A stretch of 64,000 nucleotides of DNA from Paramoeba atlantica (lineage: Eukaryota; Protista; Discosea): contig CDRNVI010000067.1 in NCBI GenBank assembly GCA_977017575.1, positions 141,662 through 205,661 on the forward strand, in the 5' to 3' direction. Under the pieces are notes generated by a model. It was given only the letters and a program-made list of their open reading frames with translations, did no database searches and was not told the DNA's origin. Each line of letters starts with the position of its first letter. The first letter of the stretch is position 1. Position numbers and translations under genes: made by a program. Below, piece after piece: positions 34,814 through 46,487 of the stretch.

Positions 34814-36019
34814 TTGTACATAAACTACTTACGCGTATGCACAGTACAACCCATGAGTCATGCACGAAACTCAAATGAACCGCCGTCATGGCTGCTCCAA
34901 GCGATATGCCGCTCATCCCCTTCGGTTTACCGACATCGACATCGTATCCAAAAAGAATCTACGCAAAACGAGGAAAAGCAACACTCTTCGAATACATTTC
35001 CTCCGCAGAGCAGTGTGAGTGTCCGCGTAGGTGTTGCCTTGTGCAAGGCATACAACCACAGTCTCCCCATAAGCCGAAAAGGTTTAAGAAAACGAAAACG
35101 AAATGCTCTCTTGTCCGGCGGCTCACGTCGTCGGTTAGGAAAAACTGCACATCGAAGGAACTCATCGCGAGGAAACGCAATGTATCGTTTGCGACGATAT
35201 TTAGAAGTGAATAATTCTCGTTCCCTCGCCCCGACTACAAACTACAAGATCGATGAACGCGCAGTTGTTACCCTTGACGGAGTTGCTATCGGGAGTACTG
35301 GAGAAAGAGACATGAAGACACAAGGAACCAATCCATATTTACAAAAAAGTAGCCGAAAAGATCTGCTGTTATCGTATCTTACGCCTTCGTGGGCCGCGCG
35401 TCAATCAAAATATACAAAAATGGTAAAACCTTTGTATCCTTCCGAGCATGTCATACATGAACGCACAGACATGCACACAGCTTTATTCCGTTCTTTCGTA
35501 CAATATTTTGCGTCAAAGCGCTATCCAGGCGAAGTTTCGGCTGGTTCGATACTTTCCCACCCAAGCATTGTGTTATCGGGTGCTCTTATTCAGTCAAAAC
35601 ACATTTTCCCAGGATGGGGTATTGTTTTGCAAGACACTGAGCTTCACTTACGGGTCGAATCCTGCTGGTTGGACAAAAATGTTAACACGAGAGTTACCGG
35701 TATAAACAAAAAGTTTGATTTTCATAAAAGAACTTTAGCAAAAAATCGAGCCAGACGAAATACTCTCGACAACGAGGGCTCAAATAAAAGAATGGAACAA
35801 TATCAAATTGACAAGTTGAATTTTACACCAGTAACCCTTTTAGTCCCAAGTGCTGGCTTTGCAGAACGCATAGTAAATGCCTCAGATGAAACTTTGCTCA
35901 TTCGTGAGTTGAACATTCCTCTGTTTGGTACTCTTCACGCGGAGCCGCCCAGCGATTGGGAATACGTCACATGGACGGAATATGAACCATGGAAGTATCC
36001 ACTTCTGCGTCCTGCGTAA
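34814..36019 (+). CDS. Hypothetical protein (401 aa; likely start ATG 34853), C-terminus faintly Merlin-like
   Basis: Long ORF with a basic N-half. GWGIVLQDTE and ERIVNASDETLL..GTLH..DWEY segments resemble the Merlin core; overlapping ORF 35989..36306 may continue it. Confidence 0.6.
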   Translation: MYINYLRVCTVQPMSHARNSNEPPSWLLQAICRSSPSVYRHRHRIQKESTQNEEKQHSSNTFPPQSSVSVRVGVALCKAYNHSLPISRKGLRKRKRNALLSGGSRRRLGKTAHRRNSSRGNAMYRLRRYLEVNNSRSLAPTTNYKIDERAVVTLDGVAIGSTGERDMKTQGTNPYLQKSSRKDLLLSYLTPSWAARQSKYTKMVKPLYPSEHVIHERTDMHTALFRSFVQYFASKRYPGEVSAGSILSHPSIVLSGALIQSKHIFPGWGIVLQDTELHLRVESCWLDKNVNTRVTGINKKFDFHKRTLAKNRARRNTLDNEGSNKRMEQYQIDKLNFTPVTLLVPSAGFAERIVNASDETLLIRELNIPLFGTLHAEPPSDWEYVTWTEYEPWKYPLLRPA

Positions 36020-37469
36020 TGGAACAAAGTAAAGTTTTTACAGAAACGCCTTTAATCGAAAACAATTTATTGGTTGATCGCGTACATCGACCTCTTTCTA
36101 ACACACAAAATGCTATTCGAGCGTTCCGTCAACTTATTCGTGATGCCCACCATAACTTTTTCGACATTGTTACTTCAACTGTCATTCAAGCTGCAAGCGA
36201 TCTTCCGTTCAATCTTGTTGCCTACTACCTCGCAAAGCACACATTAAACCAAGCTCGGGGGTTACAAGGCATCGAAGTATCGAAAAATGGACAGTGCAGG
36301 TCGTGAAACTCTTACATGACGAACTCTTACATAATCGTATTCGTCGTTACATGTCGATTGTATTCGTCGTTGCATGATTGTTGTCGTTGAACTCTTACAT
36401 GATTGTATTCGTAATCTGGGTCGGTATACGACAGAATTTCGATTCAAAAGCGAACCGTATTTTGAGTAGAGTGTATGACGTATTTGATATGCCCCAAGAA
36501 CAACACCACACAGTGGAGGGGTGATTGCGGAAGCGAGGCAACTAAAGACCTTTTTATTGGTTTTGTGATAGAAGAACGAAATTTGTAGCCAGTCTTCCAA
36601 CAAACTACTAGCACTTCTAGTTACTATGGTGCTAAAAAATAAGGGAGTTAGTGCTGTCTGAAAGATGGTAGTGCTAGTTAAGACCGCGAGGAGGTCTCAA
36701 CCAAACTTCCTTATGCTGAGTGTGTCAGGCTTCATTGAGACGCGTTTTACAGAGCAAGCGTACTTACAGAGCTCTTACAGAGAAAGCATGCTTTGTGTCC
36801 GAATCGGAAAGCTCACGGTCTAACACTCTTTGACACATCATTTCCGATAGTAGAGCTTTGCCAACAGGTGTTCCAAAGTAATTCAGCTCGGTTATTGTGG
36901 CGCGTAGGAGTCTGTAGGAGTCCATCGTAGTGCGGTAGTATACTCAGTACGTGGTTGTTCCCATGGGAGTGAAGTGGAAAGTAGCTTCTGTAATGGCTGT
37001 TCAACTTGACGTACAATATGTACTACATTACTATTTCGGTGTGATAATACTGTCCCCTCTTTATTTAATAGTCCGCCGATTTTGGACATTTGAACTCTTA
37101 AGTGGGGAGTCAGAATTTTCGGGACTCTCAAGTAGGCTGGTGAATATTTTTTCATGGATCTGGAAATAACGCCAGCGTTTCAACATGGCCATTCCATGTT
37201 TATTTCTCTGTATGTTTCCTAAAGTTGTTGGGCGCGCTGGGGAGGCTGGCGTCGGGGGTGGCTGGGTGAGGGGCTGGGCGGGAGGGGGTGGTAAGGGAGG
37301 CTTGGCGTCGTGGGTAGCTGGACGGGTTGGGTGGTGGTGACTCAAACGAGAACATTTACTCATGAGTAGAAAAGACATTAGACTAATAATATACCCTGGA
37401 CGGTAATAGGTGGTATTTACCACATGCGTGGTAATAGGTGTAATTACCACTTTTCTATTACCCAATTAC

Positions 37470-37786
37470 TGTGACAGAACGTGGGGTGAAATTTACATTC
37501 AGGAAAAAACCATATGTTTACAGAAACATTTACTTTGAAGGAAACTGGACGGTGCCAACGTCTTCCCACCACTTGCACACCGAGGTATGCAACAAAGTTT
37601 CCAGTGAAAAACTCCACTCTTCCTCTGTAATGTGAAAAAGAGGTTGACTGCTTTGAACAAGATCGTTAACAACTTCGACAGTGATAATTGGCCGTTCTTC
37701 CACGCGGATATGTCAACTTGACAATATATGTTTCGGAGAAAAACTCATTACAGTTTCTTCTTTCAGTAAGATGCAGTTTCTGTACC
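37470..37786 (-). pseudogene. Second hAT transposase C-terminal relic
   Basis: FSPKHIL..RPII..VNDL..QPLFHITEEEW..KWWEDVGTVQFP..FTP aligns with FRPAFIL..QPIS..ANNL..RPLFNISEQEW..VWWLEIGSEMFP..WTP of 38159..39817. Confidence 0.75.
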
Positions 37787-38157
37787 TTGTTGGTACATTT
37801 TCCCTAGTTCATCCTTTCTTTTCCCGGAAACCGGCATACTCTTAACCTTTTATGTATGTCCGTTTCCGGCTGGCGCTAGGACCGGAAACTCATCTTTCCG
37901 TTGAAGAGGGGCCGCCGCTTCTCACCCACGTGCAGCGCCGTCAGACGCGCCGAATGCCCCCGCTGGATGGACGCCGGGGAGAGCCTCTCAACGACGCAGC
38001 GTAGCCGAAAGGCTTCTTGCAGCCTCTCAACGACGCCCCCCGCAGTGGAAGTCCAGTGCCCCCTTCACCCCCCATGCGCTGCAGAACCTCCCTTGAGGAC
38101 CACGCGGCGTGGCCATAGGCCGAATCCCTGCGTACGACCGGCGTTGAATGCGCTGTA
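37787..38157. repeat. Repeat B, copy 1 (possible CRE-derived non-autonomous element)
   Basis: Highly similar to 44274..44654 with the same two ends. A minus frame gives RLSPASIQRGHSA in copy 2, resembling the CRE C-terminal QRGNA motif. Confidence 0.75.
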
Positions 38158-38158
38158 G

Positions 38159-39817
38159 ATGCCGATTTTAAGCGTATTATACGTGGGACCTCATGAGTAT
38201 GTTTCGCCTCCCATATATTCACCCAAACATCAGGCCTTTGATGGCAAAACAATGGCCGACACTCTAAGGAGTTGCCTTCAAATCAATCTCGGCGACCACA
38301 GGGCCGTAAAGCTCACGTACCTTATGGTCGACGGGAGCGCAGTGAACCAAGTTGCGCGACAGCACGCCGAAGGTCATTTAAGAAAATTTTATGATCGTAT
38401 TCATCCGGTACCGGAAAGAGATCTCCAGAATTTTCAAGAGCACTTGCTATTGGGATTTCCAGGAATATCGCTTCTATCATGCATCGGACACATGTTAAAC
38501 AACGTGTGTAAAACGTCTCTCGAGTCGTACGAGGATACTCCGGTATTCGAATTCAAGAAACACTTTGCACGAGCATTTTTCTCTGGGGGTAAAGCAAGTG
38601 CTATGAAGGGCAAATACAAAGGTCAAGTACTGGATACTCTTTTGGGGAAATTTGATGAGAAAGTCGTTATTGCTGAGTCGACTCTCAAACAGTGCTACCG
38701 TGGACTCGGCGAAAATTCTCCAACTCGTTACAAGGAAGCTTTAGAGATTAAAATTTGTGAAAGCTTGACTGCGCTGGAAAAAGTAATCCCGCTCGACTCC
38801 TGCTCACTTCTTTGCCGTTTAAAAGCTTCGAACTTAAGCTGGACAGATAAACATAACATCTTATTGGAGATCCCGATCATTGTTTCCGCTCTCCGTGACG
38901 CAGGGGCACGAAGAGCTGTGTCAACCCCAAAGCTTGGAGGTGTCACGCGGTGGTGTGAAGACAAATTTACGTGTATGTCTTTTTTATACACTGATCTGGA
39001 TTACGTGGCTGCATTCATTTTCAGTGAAATTGCCAAGCGACGTCACGTTAGCGCATCTATTCGTCGATGTCACCAACTCCTCCTGGAGCATGGTGCGGAA
39101 GCCCTGAAGTGCCAAAGCCGAGAATTTCTCGACAAAAGTAATGTACTTCATCTTGCACTCCGAAAATTTTCTGATATGATGCATAAGCCCATGGCGACGC
39201 AAGTTGCGCAAACGTTGGAGTTATATGAGCACGCTTGTTCTGGTGAAGGTCCCGATGGACTTGACATTGCAATGCGGCACCATATGCGCCGTCTCAACAA
39301 AAACCACAACATGGATTTCTGGAAGGACGTTGTGTGGTTTCGTCCTGCGTTCATTCTACAGTATGCGCGGCCGTGTGGACTGCAACCGATTTCTCTCGCT
39401 CGTGCAAACAACTTGTTTGATGAAAATGCTGGTACACCTAAGGCTCTTCGACCATTATTCAATATCTCAGAACAAGAGTGGGAGGAATGGGGATCTTGCG
39501 TTGCCTTTCGCTGGAATCCAGAGATTCACGAAGACGAAGATGTTTGGTGGCTAGAAATAGGCAGCGAGATGTTTCCTGCTATATTTCGAGCTGCTATGCA
39601 CTACATTTGGACGCCACCTCTGGTTACCAAGTGTGACAGTTGGCTTTCGATTCTATCGTACATGTATAATTCTAGGCAAACTCGCACGTCGCCCCAAGTG
39701 GTGGCCAACCGGATATTCATTCGCGGCAACCAGGAGAAGCTTGAATATTTGATACCGGGAGGTGATGAAGAAAGTGATACGGATGAGTCAGTTGACATTA
39801 CAGACAATGAAGGTTGA
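38159..39817 (+). mobile_element. 5'-truncated hAT transposase ORF (552 aa)
   Basis: LMVDGSAVN (2nd Asp), CIGHMLN (CxxH), TRW, and a C-terminal dimerisation domain WW..FP.IFRAA..P..KCDSWLS..R..IFIRGN. The first Asp and the BED finger are absent. Confidence 0.88.
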
Positions 39818-40248
39818 GCATAACGCTGTGTGTAACATATGAATTGCAAGCTCTACATCTATTCTACATCTACACGTATATCGAATAAAATTTACCAATC
39901 ATCGGGGTTATGTTTTTCACCGGCTATAATCTTTTTTTTCAAAAACAATGTTTTTCAAAAGCATATTTCCAGTTCAGCTTTTACATTGGGTTTTTTTTCC
40001 ATCGTTACATATCGTAGGCCTTGTTTTTCCCCTTCGTTAGCGTAATTTATCTAATTTTGTTTACATATGGTTTCTGCTCTGAGCATTAGTTTACGAGAAA
40101 TATATGAGACAATACGGTATGCTTCTTACGTCATTATGGATAGTTTATTTTATTATATTATACTATATTATTCGATAGTTTATTTTATTATACGAATGTA
40201 CGAATATTTTATCGTTACGATTCCTACCTCCAACCATTCAAAATATTC

Positions 40249-41212
40249 CAGGGTTCGCAGAAACTATAAAACTATCAATATAGTACTATATAGTTACTAT
40301 AAACCTTTTTCGAAAACTATAAAAAACTATATTTTTTTGTTTCACATTTTAGGCACTCCGAAGCTCACCAACACGCCATAAATACACGGCGAATTCATTT
40401 GTGTACGATTTTTCTTATTTTTAAACCCGAAAATTGATGCCCGAAATTAAAGTTACGAGGGGTAGTTTCTGCAAAGATTATTTTATTGAACTGCTGCACA
40501 CGGAGGGAAGTAAACAAGCGGTTGAATGTAACTTGTGTCAGGAAGGGACGTACCCCAGTCCCATCGCGTGGCCTTGACAGATTGCCTTGTGCGAATCTTG
40601 CGTCCCGAACATCTTCTCACTGCATCGCTGTCGCCGCGCGTTGGCTGGAGCCACCGACGTTATGTCTTGGGACTGAATAACTGCTGCTCACAATTCTATG
40701 AGTTTGAATAAATACAATCATATGAGTCTGAATAAATTACGCGGTGTGTTGTCGAGTGGAGAGTTTGCACTTCCTTTCACTCGTTTCGCGTGCGTTTCAT
40801 TGCGAGGGAGGTTCTAAAAGCACCTTTAAACCACCACAAAAATAGGATGATATCTCCCGGTGTGTAAAGGATTCCGACGTGCCAAAAGAATCTTTAAGGG
40901 ACATACCCTTCCATTTTTATAGTGGTTTAAAGGTGCTTTTAGAACCTCCCTCGTCTACTTTAGCTTGGGTTACATTTTTTTCAGAATTTCTTGTCATATC
41001 ATACGTATGTAAGCGTGTAAGAACGCATGTAGAGGCGTGTGTATGTCCTTCACAAGCGGAGAGGACTCAAAAAATATCACTTGTAAAGTGAAAAAAACTT
41101 TATAGTTTTCTTATAGTTTTATAGTAAAATATAGTAAATATAGTACTATATAGTAACTATATTGAATGAAAAAAAACTATATTTTACTATATTATAGTTT
41201 CTGCGAACCCTG
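40249..41212. mobile_element. hAT-type MITE (964 bp)
   Basis: 21-bp TIR CAGGGTTCGCAGAAACTATAA, exact 8-bp TSD AAATATTC on both sides, and ACTATA/TATAGT subterminal arrays. Confidence 0.95.
40803..40953. mobile_element. 151-bp MITE nested in the hAT MITE
   Basis: Perfect 32-bp TIR CGAGGGAGGTTCTAAAAGCACCTTTAAACCAC; flanks TG and TC. Confidence 0.8.
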
Positions 41213-41693
41213 AAATATTCAACAAATTGGCACACCTTGTGCAAAATTTTTTCTTTCTGCACAATACTATACATCGTCGTACCCTCTTTATCACTATACC
41301 ACTTTCCTAACTTCCGCTTTAGATTTCTACGAACTTTAAATTAAATTTCAGATGAGTGCTATGTAGATCGACATAATTTTAGAGAAAATATCCTCTTGCA
41401 TCCAACCGGGTCCCAAATGGCTTCCAATGCTCTTGAGTGCCTTTAAAGTACCTGAGTTCTCCTGCTTGGTTGATGACTAAAAAATGACGGTTGAGGGAAG
41501 TGTAAGTTTCTTGGATGGAAGTATAAGGGGAGTCCTGATTCATTGTCTGGAATGAAAATGTAGGTATAAAGGGAGGGATCATCCTCTGAAATATAAAAGG
41601 GGGTGACAGTACTATCCAAATTCTTCTGGTATGGCAAGATATTTTTCTAGCTCCCGTATTTTGTGCTCCGGGTAACACCGAGTACCATGCGTA

Positions 41694-41770
41694 CAGTACG
41701 CGAGTACGGTACTCGGGTACTCAAGGCCCTAGGTACTCATTTGAGTACCTGAGTACCGTACTCGCGAATG
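41694..41770. mobile_element. 77-bp micro-MITE built from GAGTAC/GTACTC units
   Basis: TA|CAGTACGCGAGTACGGTACTCGGGTACTCAA ... TTGAGTACCTGAGTACCGTACTCGCGAATG|TA. Confidence 0.8.
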
Positions 41771-42000
41771 TATGTATATCTGAGCCATTGTTTACTTCAC
41801 ACCAATAAGTGTACGTAATACTACTTACCATTCCACACTGTACGTCTATGGTAGTCCTCTGACCCCCCCTTTATTTTCGCGTTTCGGATTCTCATTTCAT
41901 CCCCCCTTTAATAGAGACGAAGGACGAAATTTTGCCTACATTAAAGGGCGGGTCACAGTTTTTTTATCAACACACTGAATTTTTTCCATAAAATTTCACT

Positions 42001-42564
42001 ATGTTCCTTAAAGCTGAAGAGACGGATGTTCCCGTGCCTTCATGTTCACGCATAGGAAAGGTAAGGGGAACTTTTCTTCCTGTGGAATATGAACTCGAAA
42101 AGTTTATCAATGATGTTGAAAATCCACATGAGTCATGGAGTACTGCCACACCTGCATGTGAGTGGGATGGAGTGAAATGCAACGATAAGGGTGATGTGAT
42201 ACGCATTTCTTGGGATGGCCGAAAACTGCGTGGGATATTGCGTTGGGAACATTTGCCGCGGTTTCTCACGGCCTTGAGTGTCTGTAATAACCAGCTTCGC
42301 GGTCCTATCGATTTTTCCTCATTACCAGAAGGCTTGACTCACTTGTGGATAAGTTTGAATGCCTTTAGTGGGGAACTACATTTCGAACATCTTCCACCAG
42401 GGTTAAAAATTCTAAATATATCAAGCTGTCACTTCAGTGGCTTTGTGGACTTTTCGTGTCTTCAGCGTTCGTTGCTTGCAAAAGGCGGTTCAGGCTTTGA
42501 CATGAGGAATAATCCCGAACTCAAGGGATCGATTTCTAGACGAGCTGTTCCTAAAGGCGTATAG
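42001..42564 (+). CDS. LRR protein, ENPHESWSTATPACEWDGVKCND subfamily (187 aa)
   Basis: Cap plus about 4 LRRs. The TAG stop aligns with a paralog Trp (KGV*WDIP vs KGCWWGYP). Confidence 0.85.
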   Translation: MFLKAEETDVPVPSCSRIGKVRGTFLPVEYELEKFINDVENPHESWSTATPACEWDGVKCNDKGDVIRISWDGRKLRGILRWEHLPRFLTALSVCNNQLRGPIDFSSLPEGLTHLWISLNAFSGELHFEHLPPGLKILNISSCHFSGFVDFSCLQRSLLAKGGSGFDMRNNPELKGSISRRAVPKGV

Positions 42565-42762
42565 TGGGATATACCCGAGTCATTTTTTACGGACTAAGTG
42601 CCTGAATAGTTCTCTGTTGCTCTTACGTTTTCTGTGCACTATTTCTGGAAAGGAAAAGTAAACCCGTCATGAGGCGGGAACAAGACGCAATGTCAGTAAC
42701 TCATGAGAACGGATTTTTTATTAAATCGAGTTCTTTAGGAGCTTTCTTTAGCCTAAAGCATA

Positions 42763-43703
42763 CAGGGGTGCGAATCTAAAGGTGGGGCGGGTCTAAAATT
42801 CGTAAAAGTTGTCCAATTTTGGAAAATAATAGCGCATTGGATAGCTCTCACAGAGTTGTATGTTTTAGGACAGGTAGCTTCCGGGGTTTGGGGGGTACCC
42901 CCCTTTCATGTAAGGGTCAAAAACACATATTGCAATACTTTAGTGGTGTCAATAATTTCTGTAATTTGGATTGCAAAAGACAATTAGTAACCACAGTGCC
43001 CCCCGTTCCGACTAGTAACAATTTCACAACGCTTCCTGAAACTCTTCAACGTTTTCTGAACCGTTGCAGAGTGGGTCTGTTTCAATTTAAGGAAAGACCC
43101 CTCAATAGCGGCTTCCAGTTGCTGTCGATTTCGGGGTCGAAGAAGATTTTTGTCTGTGTCCATCACAGACCAGAAGATCGCTCCAGCTCTCTACGCCGTA
43201 AACAAGGTTATACCCCTCGTCGACAAGCTTAAGAGCCACATCCAGGAACGCAGGGGTAACCACCGTCGAAACACGCTCTCGGGATGCCGTTAACACGTCA
43301 CCCGTAAGGGTAAAACGTTCAACCCAACGTTTTACAGTGTTCTCATGAACACCAAAGTGCTGTGCCGTAGCGGAGTACGATCCTGTGCGCTCGTATTCCG
43401 CCACCAAAAGCATGCGGTGGCTCTCTTTGACGGGGGCGGGGGAAGAATACGATCTATCGCTCAGTACTCCACGGGAAGTCCTCGAGCGAGCGCGCTTTTG
43501 GGGCATTTTCTAGTAAAAAATGTAATTTCTGCAAGGGAAAAAAGCGAAATATGGTATCAAAAAATATGTACGTTAAAATCGCAGGATTTTAATGCACCTA
43601 AAACACACAACTCTGTGAGAGCTATCCAATGCGCTATTATTTTCCAAAATTCGACAACTTTTACGAATTTTAGACCCCCCCCACCTTTAGACCCGCACCC
43701 CTG
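42763..43703 (-). mobile_element. Internally deleted Tc1/IS630-like transposon (941 bp)
   Basis: TIR of about 51 bp (CAGGGGTGCG..GTTGTC) with TA TSD. The HTH TGSYSATAQHFGVHENTVKRWVERF is joined to the C-terminus ..RCEIVTSRNGGHCGY; the DDE core is missing. Confidence 0.92.
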
Positions 43704-43930
43704 TATGTTTGCATGAGAATTACTAATCCCTGAGACCGGTCTACTGATCAGAGTCTCAACATCAACCACTGCCTGCCGCGAAACGTTTCCATGTATTTTT
43801 TACATAAATTATCACAAATTGTATTGTCGTTTTTCAATCCCAAATGTTGTATAAACTCATTCAAGTTTCTGAAATTGGGCGGATGTGTATATTTTTTGTT
43901 ATCAATCCACTGAATTCCTAAATTTGGAAT

Positions 43931-44273
43931 ATGTTCCTTAAAAGTGAAGCCACGTATGTTCCTATGTCTTCAGTTTCACGGATTGAAAAGGTAAGGGGCA
44001 TACATTTGTCACAAGAATATGAGCTCGCAAAGTTTACAAGAGATGTTGAAAATCCACACGAGTAATGGAGTACTGCTACACCTGCATGTCAGTGGGATGG
44101 AGTGAAATGTAATGACTTGAGTTACATGTATGTTCATTGCTTGGTATGGTCGAAAACTGCGTGAGATATTGCATTGGGAACATTTACCACGATCCGTAAA
44201 ACGCCTGAATGTTTGCAACAATGCGCTGAGTGGCACTGTGAATTTTTCTTCATTACCTCGAGGTTTGGAGAGA
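43931..44273 (+). pseudogene. LRR pseudogene truncated by repeat B
   Basis: MFLKSE..ENPHE*WSTATPAC (TCA->TAA), a frameshift, then the sequence switches to repeat B. Confidence 0.85.
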
Positions 44274-44654
44274 TTGTTGGTACCATGTTGGCAGAACGTG
44301 GTCCCTATTGCATCCTTTCTTTTCCCGGAAACCGGCATACTCTTAACCTTTTATGTCCGTTTCCGGCTGGCGCTAGGACACGAAACTCATCCTTCCGTTG
44401 AAGAGGGGCCGCCGCTTCTCACCCATGTGCAGCGCCGTCAGACGCGCCGAATGCCCCCGCTGGATGGACGCCGGGGAGAGCCTCTCAACGACGCTGTGCA
44501 GCCGAAAGGCTTCTTGCAGCCTCTCAACGACGCCCCCGGCAGTGGAAGTCCAGTGCCCCCTTCACCCCCCATGCGCTGCAGCACCTCCCTTGAGGACCAC
44601 GCGGCGTGGCCATAGGCCGAATCCCTGCTTACGACCGGCGTTGAATGCGCTGTA
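44274..44654. repeat. Repeat B, copy 2
   Basis: See 37787..38157. Contains the stem-loop CCGGAAAC..GTTTCCGG. Confidence 0.75.
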
Positions 44655-44659
44655 ATGGC

Positions 44660-45266
44660 CGTTGATAATGGTCGCCGTACGACGGCAAAATGCTCTGTCG
44701 GCTCGCCCGGTATGAAAGTGAAACTGAAAGATTTCCAATAATGCATGTAGGCTTTGTTTTCAAGTCGTTGTTTGTGCTTCTTCAGTGATTCCAATAGCGT
44801 TGTATTGCTATCCGTATAGCTCCTTTTCTTTCAGAGACTTGCAAGTGGTATTCTTATGAGTGTAATAAGTTTGCTTACAGCGACTGTGAAAATCAGCTGC
44901 GGAAGCTCGACACACAACGTTGCGTCTCTGGTTAGCGGCATCTTTTAAGAAGGATGCAGATCCCTGACGATGATCCATTTCCTTAAAGCACAATTTCGAA
45001 GAAGTACTGTGAGCATTCTTGAAATCACACAAGATGTAATAAAAATAATAGGACAGATCTCCAAATTTAATTGGGTCCTCAACGTTCCCAGACTGAACTT
45101 TCTTCGCATTGCTTGAAATATCCGTGACCTGTCTCATTGTGGTCAACCTAAATTGGCTTGGTCCATCAGCCACCCGCTGATTAACAGCATCGCGTAGTTC
45201 GTTGCTAATACGACGCGCTGCTCGCTTCCGAGACCTTGGAGTAATATCTGACTCTTCTGTGGTCAT
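44660..45266 (-). pseudogene. Possible Academ-like transposase N-terminal relic
   Basis: AADFHSRCKQTY and KQRLENK..Y..F.FIPG resemble the A.YH..C..Y and KL...Y..F..PG segments I recall from Academ-type proteins; unverified. Confidence 0.3.
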
Positions 45267-45809
45267 ATTAGGATAGTAACTTGATTAATGAACAGTTTAA
45301 AGTAACTAACATTATCACTCCTTCGTAAACGCGCTTGTTACCGGTCCCAATCCCGGCATCGCCATATTCGGCGGAGTGCGAGGGTGAAGATTTCAATACA
45401 TCTATAGCACGATTATAAACATAAGAATATAATTAAACTACTCGTTTCTAGTATCCAGTAGAACTACTACATTTAGCTCCATTTAACTAAACAATTTTAC
45501 ACGCCTGCAAATGTCACGCATCAATTCGTTTGGTCCCAGCCTGGCAATACTCCATTCTCTGTAACGAGGCCCATGGGCTCCGTACCCTTCGGGGTACCAC
45601 CGCCCCATCATTCGTGCTGGGAGGCCCATGGGCTCCGTGTCCTTCGGGGCACACTTGCCGTTGCATTTGCGTTATACATCTTCCTCTCCAGCATGTTTTT
45701 TCTAATAAAGTGAAAACAGAATAAAAACAGAAGGGAGAGGGTGGGAAGTTGTGACGTGCTATGGCATGCCTGGCACCCAGGGCTTGTTCTCGGTAACATG
45801 GTGCTTATG

Positions 45810-45935
45810 AAGGGGTGATAAAGAGGGAGTTGCTATGCCCCGTCCATGGTATCATGTTCAGGGGAACAACAACTCCCCATTATCTCGGTGTAGTAAACAC
45901 GCCTTGGCTTGCCTGGCACTACGATTGCCAAAAAA
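45810..45935. repeat. Dispersed repeat D
   Basis: Inverted near-copy of about 48000..48115. Confidence 0.75.
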
Positions 45936-46487
45936 AAACTTACATTAGTTCCTTAATCCTAACTTGAGGCATGGTAGCGGGAGTCCTCTCCCTAAGAAGA
46001 TTTGAAGTTGAAAAATATGGAGTGTTCGGGGGGGGGAAGGGGGGGAGTATTGTTGGTATGTTATAGATTCTCCCATACGGAAATATCGGGGCAACACCCC
46101 GGACGTCCCGGGTTGACGCTGGGAATACGGCTTTTCAGGATATCTCGCCTAGTAGGAATATTGATTCAGAAATTCAGACCGACAATAGTGAACGCGTTAA
46201 TGATTATTCGGCGGAGAAAAAAAAGAAAACTAGAAAACAAAAAGCAAACGGTTGCTTTGCTTGATGCGTTTATATCCGAATTCTTTGTTAGCGAAGATTC
46301 ATCATAAATACTGAAGGAACAACTTGGTTTCTTTACATCAACACACCTAAAACATGGTTTACCATGGGGTATCAAATGTTGCACGGCATTGAAAAGTACC
46401 CAAAATTTTATTGAATAAATAAATTGTCCCCCTTTTCACGGGAAAATAGGGAAACTATCCTCCGGGGTTTGGTTACAATATTTATTA

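Noticed and set aside
24500-36420. CRISPR-like or other repeat-spacer arrays (24500-24560, 29470-29500, 32020-32125, 36305-36420)
   Set aside because: These are short degenerate tandem repeats without unique spacers, in a eukaryotic context.
37754-37795. A complete spliced-leader RNA gene
   Set aside because: There is no AACTAA 5' end and no array, and the match overlaps hAT coding sequence. Kept only as a junction observation.
1393-44067. Alternative genetic code with stop-codon reassignment
   Set aside because: The internal stops align to different residues (L, Y, W, S), each one substitution away, and the long genes contain no internal stops.
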